From: Okamejei kenojei
Taxonomy: Eukaryota
Length of the DNA stretch: 64,000 nucleotides
Assembly: GCA_035221665.1 (NCBI GenBank)
Contig: CM069163.1
Location: 16,554,001-16,618,000 of the forward strand
Direction: 5' to 3'
The stretch's first letter is position 1; each line of letters starts with the position of its first letter. Below, piece after piece: positions 12,671 to 23,881 of this stretch. Below the pieces are notes generated by a model that was given only the letters and a program-made list of their open reading frames with translations, searched no databases and had not been told where the DNA came from. A program made the position numbers and the translations under genes.

Positions 12671-13149
12671 ATGTGGACTGACTTCAACAGTTTTCCCGCG
12701 ATGTCCTCTGATTTCAGTTGTATCCAGGCTCCTTGATGCCATATTGCAAACAGTATGCAAACAGACAACAGTGTGTTTCATTCAAGGAATGGGATTCATC
12801 AAGTCTATGATCTCATTTAATGGACTAATTTGTCCTATAAATGTAATCATTGCTCATATAATTCGTAATTGATTTAATTTATATATTTGATTGTTCATAC
12901 AAATAAATCCCTGACATCTATTGCTGTGGCTCCTATAGCCCACAGAAATATTTGAATGTTTCCAATTCCAGCTCCTTGATTATACCCACATTTAACCACT
13001 AATAACTTTTCTTGCCATGGGCATGGAATTCTCGTTCAAATCGCCTTTGTATTGTTCTCCTTTTAGAAACTTCTTATAGCCTGTATATCTGTTAATAGTT
13101 TTTGCATTCTGCCCAAATATCCCAGAAATACCTCCACATCAAGTATTGT

Positions 13150-13335
13150 CACAGAATCATGGAGACATACAGCCTGGAAACAGGCCCAGTGGCCCAATTT
13201 GCCCACACAGACCAACACTAGTCCCACCTGCCTGCATTTGGCCCATAACCCTCTAAACCTATCCTATCCATATGTACCTGTCCAAATGAATCCTAAATAT
13301 TGTGATAGTACCTGCCGCAACTACCTCCTCTGGCA
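13150..13335 (-). mobile_element. CR1-like LINE 3' end
   Basis: Reverse complement of the 16485-16745 tail. Confidence 0.75.
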
Positions 13336-14297
13336 GGTTTGTTAAAAACTCCTTCAAAATGTCTTGTGAGTTCTGTGAGGTTGAAGACCAGTTATAGTAA
13401 CACACTATCATTGTTGATTATGCAGCCACATATGTATTGATTAACTTTGTTGCAACAAAGGAACATTTTGAAATCATCTTTATGTTGGCTATATAAAGTC
13501 ATGTATATAGCTTTATATACATAGCTATATGTATATAAATGTTATAGAAATGTTTTTGCTGTTACATCCACTTTTGTGATCAAATATAGAATTCAAAAGC
13601 ACAACACTCTAACATGCCCAACTTTACAGAATTCCTGTTTTAAATACAAAATGTTCCACAGGTTTTCTACTGGAATGTGCACCTTAAAATATTAAACATT
13701 GCTTCCAGACAGCTGGAATGGTTTGCAAGGCATCACATTTGTGTAACTTGTGTTTTCTTTTGGTTTTATTCGATTGAGTTGCAGGATAAAGTATTGTAGA
13801 GGTTGCATGAAGAGTCGCCTGGATACCAGTGATATGTTAACCTGGATTCATCAGAACAATATCTTTGGAATAATCTATTGTTTTTCATACTGCTCAAGTA
13901 AGCATTCTTGCATCATCTGTGTTGTAAATGAACAGTGGAAATTCAAAGCATGTTTCATGAAATCTATTACACACATGAAACGTGCTTTATACAGCAACAG
14001 TAAAACACCCTAGGTATCAAATGCAGCGTTAATTGGTGAAGGCGATACAATAAATACAAAAAGCATTTGAATTAATGCTGATCTGTCTAAAACACGTTGG
14101 TACAGTGAATGGATCATTTTCTATTTCAGGTGTATGGCATTAACATCCAGCACTGCAAGGTCATGCATTTGGCATTGGGCTGCCAGAAAAATGTCGCTCC
14201 AACTTCTGCTTAAGGAAAAAATAGTATATGCCAGACCTAGTCAGCAGGTCAGGCAGCATCTGTGGAACAAGAAAAAGTGACAGCAGTTGGCACTATG

Positions 14298-14540
14298 ACA
14301 GGGTGGCACAGTGACTTACAGTGCCAGGGTTCCTGGTTCAGTCCTGACTGTATTGAGTTGGTGCATTCTCCCTCCGACCACATGGGTTCTCTCCGGGTGC
14401 TCTGGTTTCCTCCCACATTCTAACGACATGCAGATTTGTCGGTTAATTGGCTTCTGTAAATTGCCTCTAGTGCGTTGGATGCAAAACTGGGATAACATAG
14501 AAATTGTGTACGCCTGGTCGTTGGCTGCGGTGGGCACAGT
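14298..14540 (+). mobile_element. HE1/V-SINE-like SINE
   Basis: gggtggcacagtg...ggttcagtcctgac head; gggttctctccgggtgctctggtttcctcccacat core. Confidence 0.75.
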
Positions 14541-14924
14541 GAGACAAAGTGTCAGTCCTCAACAGGGAGTTACTAGGTAAGGGTGCAGAAATAAATTGAG
14601 TTGATATAGAAAGAATTCATGAACCTGAGCAATAACACACTAAAACAATGGGAATATCAAGGTAGCCTTGTTTGTATATATTGGAAAAGAGATAGAAATG
14701 TGAAAAAGTTGCCCCTCAGGTTTCTATTAACTTTTTTTTTGCACCTTTTCATTGACATCCTTCTTATAGAAGGGTGAGCAGAAATAAACATGGAATTCCA
14801 AATGTGGCCTTACCAACACCTTATACATACCATACATTCTTATGGGTGGGGGCATCAGTATTAACTCAACTCAATTGTATCTGTCACAGAGGCTACAAAA
14901 AGAAATTAAAACTGCTAGTGACTC

Positions 14925-15370
14925 ACAAGGTCTCAACTGCATGGGGCCTATTTCACCACACTGCAGCCTAGATTGCCTGATTAGTATGCCATCCACCACT
15001 CAAAAGTATTTATTTCCTCCATTACCCTGTGCACAGAAGCTGCAGTGTGTTCCACCTAGCGTATGGACTCCCGGTATCTGCACCGGCTTTTGCAATAACA
15101 CACTAAACTAGTAACCTTTATTATAAAGAATACCAAGGGCTTCAGGCACATGGGAACTCCATGGCTGCAAGTTTGTTTCCAAGACACACAACATCTTGAA
15201 CTGAAAATATTTTGCTGTTCCATTATCACTGCTGGACCAACTTCTAGAATTTGTTCTCTAACAACATTGAACACACGGACTGCAGCAATTCAAGAAGGCA
15301 TGTCATCATCACCTTCTGAAGAACAATTAAGATGGCCAATTATCCAATGAGGCCCAAATTCTGAAAATTG
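14925..15370 (+). mobile_element. Old LINE 3' fragment (CR1/L2 group)
   Basis: Degenerate tail ggactgcagcaattcaagaaggca...caccttctgaagaacaattaagatggccaat, related to the end of the SINE at 46915-47280. Confidence 0.5.
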
Positions 15371-15747
15371 AATATCCAGAAAAAATATTAAAAGCTGACC
15401 AATTTGCCCTCATCTTTGTATTTGTTCCCTGAAGATTGGAGACTGGTACTATCATTGCTTTCTGCAGCTGGGAATTTTGGGGCTAATAATGGAACATCCC
15501 ATTGACAAGAGTCTGACCTAGATGGGTGGAGAAAAGGAAAGTTGGTTTTCTGGCCTTTTCAATACAGACCAACCAAACCATTTTCTGGTGCACATGTCTC
15601 AATCCCACAATTTGCTGTATTTTAGCATATTGGCAATTACGCTCAGAGGAGTGTGGTTCACTTGCAAAAAGAAAAGTTAACAGTGGTAAAATCTGAAATA
15701 TTTTACTGAGATTGGGATTAATGAAAGCCTAATCATTAAACAGGAAT

Positions 15748-16250
15748 GAGCGCAGAGAAGATCTATGAGGGTGTTGTCAGGACCTGAGGGTCTCAGCCTC
15801 GGGGAGAGATTAGGCAAGCTAGGGCTTTATTCCTTGGCGTGCAGGAGGCCAACGGGTGATCTTATGGAGGTGTGTAAAATCATGAGGGGAATAGATAGAG
15901 TGAATGCACAGAATATTTTACCCAGGCTAGGGGAATCAAGAAACAGAGGACATAGGTTTAAACTGAGAGGGGAAATATTTAACAGGAACCTGAGGGACAA
16001 CTTTTTCACTCAGAATGTGGTGGATACATGGAATGAGCTGTCAGAGGAGGTAGTTCAGGCAGGTACAATAGCAACATTTAAAAGACACTTGGACAGGTAT
16101 ATGGATAGAAAAGGTTCAGAGGAATATGGACCAAATGCGGGCAAATGGGGCAGGCTTCGATGGAGCAGGCATCTTGGCTGCCATGGACAAGTTGGGCTGA
16201 CGTACCCGTTTCCCTGCTGTATAGCTGTATGACTCTCTATGACTCTATAT
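15748..16250 (+). mobile_element. CR1 LINE ORF2 C-terminus and 3' UTR
   Basis: ORF ERLGKLGLYSL..RR..GDLMEVCKIMRGIDRV...RGHRFKL...FFTQNVVDTWNEL...FKRHLDRYM; (ctatga)n tail. Confidence 0.92.
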
Positions 16251-16484
16251 GCATTATCTGGGTAGTAATGGAATTTATACGTAAACAGGAGTTTTGTATA
16301 AGCTAGAACACAAAATATTATAAAATGTTTTATCTATCCTTCAGAATGTTGCGGACAAATTCTTAAAGCGTATTTAAAAGAAGACTCTTACTATTTTGAA
16401 ACACAGTTACCTGCCTACTCATTAAGTGCAACAGATTCTAGTTTTAGACTGCCTGTCCACTGATTTATCAGTGATTGCCAAAAA

Positions 16485-16748
16485 ACTGGAAAGATTTACT
16501 AGGAATCTGAGGGGTAACTTTTTCACACAAAGGGTGGCGGGTGTATGGAACGAGCTGCCAGAGGAGGTAGTTGAGGCAGGGCTTATTGCAATTTTTAAGA
16601 AACAGTTAGACAGGTACATGGATAGGACCGGTTTAGAGGGATTTTGGCCAAATGCAGGCAGGTGGGACTAGTGTAGATGGGACATTAGTCGGTGTGGGCA
16701 AATTTGGCCAAATGGCCTGTTTTCATGCTGTATGACACTATCACTATA
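16485..16748 (+). mobile_element. CR1 LINE 3' end
   Basis: RNLRGNFFTQRVAGVWNELPEEVVEAG..FKKQLDRYMD. Confidence 0.9.
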
Positions 16749-17802
16749 ATTGGCCATACTCATAACCAAGTTGATTTTGTTTAAGAAATCACATTTTACA
16801 GGAATTCAGTGGATATAGTATATATATATATATATATGGATTTTTAATGTGCAAAATATGCTAAAGGGACTTTCAAAAATCAAGCAAGATAGTGATAGTG
16901 AGGAGGTAATTGCATAGAGAGAGATTGCAGGTAGAAAACAGGCAATAATAGGCCAATGGAAGATGTTAGATTGTCAGATTGTTGGTAATAATATCCTCTA
17001 GGGATCAGTCCGGAACTTGTTTTCCACTTAAAAATGATTTGAACATTGGCTCAAGGGAAATCATATTGACGTTTGCCTAATTAAGGGCATGGCAAACTGT
17101 AAGGAAGATTGGAGATCCTAGACAGATTAGCAGCAGAGACAATTAGATAGCAAATGTAATTCAAAACAGAGAAATGTGAATTCACATATGAAGGAAAGTG
17201 TAAGGTAGTATACACAAAAAAAAAAACTATTTCTTAAGCATTGAAGGAGCAGAGTTAAAGATGGCAGCCTAGTCAGGGAAAAGTTCAAGGTTCGCAATCA
17301 CCCAGTGCAAATCATACCGACAATGACAGGTCAATCATCAAAGGTATCAAAGGTAACAAGCAACAAAGGTATCAAAGTCTTCTTTGTGATTTGTGAAATG
17401 GACCATGGCAGAGGGAATATCGAAACCTGCTGATGAGACGGAAGTAGAGCAAAGAGTTCATGGGTTTGGCAAAAGTAAGGTGATATTCCTGCCTTTCCTA
17501 TTTCATTTGTAATTGATTCTGCATTCTTCTATCATTTTGTTCAATTAAAATAAAAATGACCGACTAACTTTTTAAGTCTTTCTTCATAAATTGCACTGTG
17601 TCTAGAGCCTCAATGTTACCGGGGGCCTCTATTTAATCGCGAAAATAAACATTGAAAGCAAAGTCAGTTGTAACAAGCAATTAGAAAGGCAAATATTATG
17701 TGCGCAAAATACAAAGTGCTGGAGAAACTCAGCAGGTCAGGCAGCATTTGTGGAGGGAATGGACAGGTAATATCTTTAAACACAACTAATATTCTTCAGA
17801 TA

Positions 17803-18015
17803 GTTGTCGTAGTGGCTGTCCCTCAAGGTCGAAGATGATGGTCTACATTCTGTTATTTTTATGGACTCTCAGGTGGCTTATGTCCAATCCTAGCTTTGAA
17901 CGTTCTTCGGCATTCAGGCCAGGTAGTTCCAGATGGCAGATCGGGCTTTGGTTATTCCTGCCTCTAATTTTGCGCATCTGTTGGCTTCAAAGGTCGCTGT
18001 TCCTTCTTGGATGAT
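17803..18015 (-). mobile_element. RTE-clade LINE 3' end
   Basis: Reverse complement encodes PSGTT..ECRRTFKARIG(frameshift)ISHLRVHK, the RTE C-terminal C2H2-like motif, followed by a 3' UTR ending gggacagccactacgac. Confidence 0.75.
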
Positions 18016-18689
18016 GGTTCGCCAGAGTTTCCTGACCTAGGCATTGGTTTAATATTGCTACCGAACAACCTTCCTGCTTCTGTCCAAAGTTGAGCGATTG
18101 AACCAAGTATTGACCGCTTTCGTGCCGGTTCTTGACCAGGAGCTTCCAGCCATCACGTGGCCTGCTCCCGTCGTCCTTCCCGATGACCGAAAGTCTTGAG
18201 AAGTTTTGTGCTGCTCACAGAATGAAGACGCCTGTGTGTGTTTGTTTAACGTGTACTTGATGTTGCACTCCAAGAAGCACACGGTCTTTCACAAATCAAT
18301 CAACTCTTTCCAATGGCAAGGGAACCAAGATGATTGGAGCTGATAGATCTGTTGCAGCCTTCATCCGCCTTCACAGCCGTTGAGTTCAAGATAACATTGT
18401 TCGCCTGGTCTGCCGTTGATGTCTTGTAGGTTGGATCGTTCTTAGTCTGACCCTCATCCCCAACCTTATCACGTTTATTATAAGAAGTTTTGAGAACAAA
18501 AACTATAAGCACTTTTGCAATTAAAAAGGGCTTTTGCGATGCTACAGCTAGAATAATGTGTATAGGTCTGGTTATTCTACTGAAGGAAGGATGTAATGAT
18601 GACATGGGGAAAACAATTTAAAGGGTCATTAGATTTATTCTTGAGATTGTGGGAAGTAGTCATTGAATTGTTCTAAAAGGAGTGATTTG

Positions 18690-19092
18690 GAGACTGGGCC
18701 CGTGCGCTCAAGTAATAGGAACAATTAGGGTTGATCTCATTGAAAAATCACAAATTCTTGCAGAGATTGACAAGTTAAATACATTTCCCTTGGGTGTGAC
18801 CTTGAGAATCAGGAGTTAGATATCTCAACCAACAAGTCATCTATTTAAATGTGAAACGAGAGAAAGGGAAACTCAGAGAGTGGTGAATCTTTGGAATTCT
18901 CTGCCCAAGAGAAATGTGGAGCTCAATCTCTGAGTATATTCAATAAAGAGATGAAAACATGTAACTATGTTAAGAGAATCGTTAGTGCAGGAAAGTAGTG
19001 TGGAGATAGGAGATCAGCCATAATCTTATTGAATAGAGGAGTGAGCACAAGGGGAAAATAACGTATGCCTACTATTTCATATTTTCTTATGA
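18690..19092 (+). mobile_element. Degenerate CR1 3' fragment
   Basis: actcagagagtggtgaatctttggaattctctgccc (TQRVVNLWNSLP) plus CR1 3' UTR. Confidence 0.7.
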
Positions 19093-19384
19093 ATACCTCT
19101 ATGCAATTGTAGTATTCCAGGTTTAGCCAGACTGGTGGGGGCATGTGAAGCTATGATGCAGTACCTGTTATGGTGGGCATGATCAGTGCAGAGGGTATTA
19201 TGTCTGAAGTGTTGCCATTTGACTCACAGCAAATGACATACTGAACCTCTGATCTATGTCAGTTCAGAACTGTTTAGCAATAAAATTGTGCCACGAGGAT
19301 GATCGTTTTACATTGAGACAAGGGGTTGATGTAAAGACTGGAGAATAGTTCGCTTGCTTTATGTTCAGTAATTGGCTCAGGAAA

Positions 19385-19655
19385 GTGGGCTGCACAGTGG
19401 CACACCAGTAGAGCTGTTGGCTTACAGCACCAGAAATCCAGGTTCAATCCTGACTATGAGTGGTGTCTGTATGGAGTTTGTATGCCCTTCCTGTGACCGC
19501 ATGTGACTCCTGGGGCTCCAGTTTCCTCCAACATTCCAAAGATGTGCAAGTTCTGTAAATTGTCCTGAATGTGTAAGATAGAACCAGTATATGGGTGATG
19601 CTGATTGGCACAGACTCGGTGGGACCAATGACTCTGTTTCTCTAAACTAAAGTAA
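19385..19655 (+). mobile_element. HE1/V-SINE-like SINE, near full length
   Basis: tRNA-like A box (cagtggcacaccagtagag) and B box (ggttcaatcc), V-like core, tctctaaactaaa tail. Confidence 0.8.
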
Positions 19656-19774
19656 ATAGATTTAAACGAGAATAAAATACAAAAATAATTACATTGCGAA
19701 ATTTAAAGAAAGCATGTTAGGTAGAATTACATAAAATTGTGTAATTGGGGAATCCTCAATAGTTGTTTCTATAT

Positions 19775-19990
19775 AAGTGAGCTGATCAGAAGGTCTTGTG
19801 TTCAATTGGTAGTACGTGCTGAGTTAGCTGACTTTGGCCTCTGCCAGTATGATTGCATCAGTTGGCTTCACTGCCCTTGGCTATGAAGGGCAAGTGTGAC
19901 TCCTGCTGGAAAGTGTGAATATCAGTTAGGCCTTGCTGTGATCTCCCTCCCTGTGGTGTAAGCTGTCAATACTCACACACATAAAATGAA
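19775..19990 (+). mobile_element. Ancient tRNA-derived SINE-like remnant
   Basis: cagaaggtcttgtgttcaat...gtgctgagttagctga...cctgctggaaagtgtg resembles an old chondrichthyan interspersed repeat; family not assigned. Confidence 0.35.
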
Positions 19991-20199
19991 CTGATATATA
20001 ACTGTAAATTATTCTATTCTCCTTATTAAACGGACAGGGAGAAACTGAAGAAAATGTAAAAGAGAATAGAAGATTAGCAGTGTTAATTTTTTGAAAGATT
20101 GAATGGGCTAACTGTTAAAATATCAAGTATGTTTGATAAGGCAGATGTAGAGATGTTTTTATTTGAAAGTGCAGCAGAACTAGGGATCTTCCGTATGAG

Positions 20200-20930
20200 A
20201 CAATCATCCCTGGCTAGAGTAGTAGTGCCAGAGGATTGAAGAACTGCTAATGTGTCTATCTAAAAGCCTCTTAAACACACATCTTCTTTAAACTTTCCCA
20301 TTCTCACCTCAAAGCTATCCCTGTAGTCTTTCACATTTCCACCCATCGGAAAAATTCTAACTATGCCATTGATGGCTTTCATAATTTTACAATCTTCTAT
20401 CAGGTCACTACTTAGCCTCTGACACTCCACGGAAAACAATCCAAGTTTGTCCAACCCCTCCCTAAAGTTAATACCCTCTAATCCAGGCAACAATCTGTTA
20501 AATCTCTCCACATCCTTTCTGCAATGGGGTAACAGAAAAGCACACAATGCTCCAAATGCAGCCTAAACAAAGCTGCAACATGATTTCCTGATTCTTATAC
20601 TCAATATCCCGACCGATGTAGTCAAGCCCACCATAAGCCTTCTATACCACTCTATCCACTTGCACTGTTGCTACTTTCACTGAGCTATGGACTTGGACAC
20701 TAAATTCTCTACTTGAGTTCTTTCCTGCTTTCTTTATATTCTTCAAAGGTCCTGGCCTTTGAGGAATACTTCATCTTCCTAAATCTCTCATATCCTCCCT
20801 TTTTCTTTTTGTCCAAATTTACAACTTCGCTCGTCACCCAAGGCTCCATTATCTTACCCTCCTTGTCCCTCCTCTACACTGGAACATGCCAGCTCTAACT
20901 CTGTTCAGCTGGTCTTTAAACAACTCCCAC
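20200..20930 (-). mobile_element. CR1 LINE fragments
   Basis: Minus-strand ORF PHCRKDVERF.RLLPGLEG...LDKLGLFS.E.QRL..DLIE..KIMK. Confidence 0.8.
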
Positions 20931-20964
20931 ATAAATATGCAGTGAATTGAGGGGCATGAGTACA

Positions 20965-21240
20965 TTGAAAGATACAGCATGGTAAAAGGCCCTTCGAGAC
21001 AGATCATCGATCACCCCTTCAAACTAGTTCTACATGATCCTATTTCCTCATCCAATCTCTACATACTAGGGGCAACTTACAAAGGTCAATTAAGCTACAG
21101 ACCTGCACATCTTTGGATGTGGGAGGAAACCCATGCGGTCACAGGAAGAACATGCGCATTCCATGCAGACAACACCCAAGGTTAGGATTGAACTTGGGCC
21201 TCTGGCATAATGAGACAGTAGCTCTCCCAGAAGCACCACC
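20965..21240 (-). mobile_element. HE1/V-SINE-like SINE
   Basis: Reverse complement of the SINE consensus seen in the other copies. Confidence 0.75.
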
Positions 21241-22974
21241 ATGAGTGATTACGAGGAATAAATAGAAATATAAAACCATATGGAATTTCTCATAAATACA
21301 TTTATATGCTAAGTTTTTTTAATGAAACGCTTGCTATAATTGTTCAATGATAGACCCATGTAGGATTATTTGCAGACAGAATAAATTAGTTTAATTTGAT
21401 ATCATGCTTGGCAAAGACATCATTAGCTGATGCTCTCTTCCAGCTCTGTATTTCCCTATGTTCTAATATGGTACTAATGCTTAAAAACGGAGTCCAAAAT
21501 TGGCTGAGGCACGAAATACAAGTTACGTCTGTGAATGACTGACAAGTGTTTTTGTGATCGGTAGATCACATGGGATTCCACAAAGCTCAATATTCAGTGA
21601 CATTATATATTAGATGCAGGAGATATGTAGAAGAGGTTTGAAGACAATACAAAAAACTGGGCATCTGTCAGGGAGGACAATTACTTTCTCTGCAGGGAGG
21701 ATGTAAATAGTCTGGTCGGCTGGTTATAATCGAGGCAAATGGAATTTAATCCAGATAAGTGTGAGGTATTGCATTTGGGAAGGTGCAACACACAATAAGA
21801 GTTAAAACAAACCAAGCAACGGGCGGCATTTTTAAAGGATTGTGGTTGAACTAGACAGGAGCAGCCTTGGATTTGCATTGAACCTTGGTTAGACTTACAG
21901 CGAGAATACTGCACATATTATCGATTTCAGACTATAAAAAGGAAACAGAGGCATGGGAAGATGCAAAAATGATTACCAAGAATGAAACCAGAACTGTGGA
22001 TATATTTACCAGGAAATTGCTGAACAAGCTGGAATTGCATTTAGAAAAGCGAAATTACAAATGGGCTAAATACTGATAGAGGTCTTCAAAATCCTGAAAG
22101 GGTTTGATATGACAAACAGAAAATGGCCTGAAACTTTGCTCAGAGGTTCTTACTGGCGTGCGCTACCCAGATACCCAATTGCCTCCAAGGCAAGACAACA
22201 CAGAAATCTGGCCATGCATCTGTCAGGGGGGATGATTACTTTCCATGTAGGGAGGAGATAAATGGTTCTGGTCAGCTGGTCATAAAAGAGAGAAATTGAA
22301 TTTTATCCAGAAAGATGTGAGGTATTGCAATTGGGAAGGTGCAACATACAATAAGTGGGAGGACACAGAGGCGCATGGAGGTATAGTGATGTCCAGGAGT
22401 ATACATCAGATGATCACTGAGAAAATCTACAGATCAGAAGGAAAATTAGAAACTCACAAAGAAAAATCATTATACAGTTCACACCACAGTCTTTGAGGTG
22501 AGAGTGCTGGAAATGTGAGGGTTGATTTGTTTGCAGCTCAAGTAATACTTTAATCGCTGCTCAGATTGAAAATATTCCATAATCAAATTGCTAATTAAAT
22601 TAGGTCAGTTATTACTTTGTAGTTTAGTCGTTATCGAATCTGGTTAAATTCTTTGAAAACATTTTGAGTTGTGAAACTATGTTTATTTTTGCACTTTGTG
22701 GATGTCTCCGAGCCTTTCCTTGAGGTGCTGGCTCAGGCTCAGGCTGAGGCAGATATGTGGGTGCTAACTACCTTGCAGTTCCATGGTATTACTCTTTGAA
22801 TGGGCTCTGTGATCAATGAGCTATACCAGTTCAAGGCTTAAATACAGAAAGTAGATCACTAGCTATGAAATCAATGGCAACAGAAAACAAGGAGAGAAAA
22901 TATTTTGAACGAGAATTAAGAATCTCTTAATAGGAAAGAAATTGACAATATTGCAGAACGGGCACGTAATGGTC

Positions 22975-23262
22975 AAACTATGAGCTGTTATCAGGCAACT
23001 AAACCATCCTACCAACAACAAGAGAGCAGTCCTGAGATACTATCTACAGGCATTTCATTGGAGACCCTCATACTATCTTTATTTGGACTTTACTGGACTT
23101 CATCTTGCACTAAACATTATTACCTTTATCATGTATCTGTATACTGCAGGTGGCTCAATTGTAATCATGTATTGTCTTTACACTGACTGGTTAGCACACA
23201 ACAAAAGCTTTTCACTGTACCTCGGTACACGTGACAATACAGTAAACAAAACAAAACTGATT
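22975..23262 (+). mobile_element. Rex1/Babar-like LINE 3' tail
   Basis: gctgttatcaggcaactaaac (AVIRQLN) then 3' UTR ending cactgtacctcggtacacgtgacaatac..aaac. Confidence 0.6.
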
Positions 23263-23770
23263 TAACATTAATTAAATGTGACATGGTGTATCTGGGTAGG
23301 TAGAATATAATAATTATAGATAATATGAATATAAATAAGGTAGAGAAGCAAACAGAACACTTTGCATTTATAAATCACTGACAATAGAGATACGGGTTAA
23401 CAAGGTTATACAAAAGCAAACCAAGCAGCAGGGGTCATTTTTAAAGGATTGTGGTTGAAATAGACAGAGCATTCTTAGATTAGTATTGAACCTTGGTTAG
23501 ACCACACCAAGAATATAGCACACGTTATGGATTACAGAGTATAAAAAGGAAACAGAGGCATTGGAAGATGTAAAAAGGATTCACATGAATGAAACCAGAA
23601 CTGTGGATATATTTACCAGGAAATTGCTGATCAAGCTGGAACTGCATCTAGAAAAGCAAAATTAGAAATGAGTTAAGTGCTGATAGAGGTCTTCAAAATC
23701 CTGAAAGGGTTTGATATGACAAACTGAGAAAACGGCCTGAAATTTGCTCAGTGATTCTTACCGGCATGCA

Positions 23771-23881
23771 CTTCTTCTCCATCTTGAGTAGGACAACTTG
23801 TTCTATTCGATTGTGCATGCCAGGTTGATTGCATTTATCGAAACAGGGCAGATCACGTGAAGGTTGTAATCTCCCACCCAA
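23771..23881 (-). mobile_element. Short (AAG)n-tailed retroposon
   Basis: Same family as 50179-50314; absent from the paralogous duplicate site at about 22160. Confidence 0.75.

Noticed and set aside
15765-16232. 155-aa ORF as a host gene
   Set aside because: It is the C-terminus of a 5'-truncated CR1 ORF2.
17428-17450. CTGATGAG motif as another hammerhead
   Set aside because: No stem II followed by GAAA and no Penelope context.
19385-19460. tRNA-like A/B boxes (also near 14300, 47940 and 59550)
   Set aside because: These are SINE heads followed by SINE bodies, with no cloverleaf.
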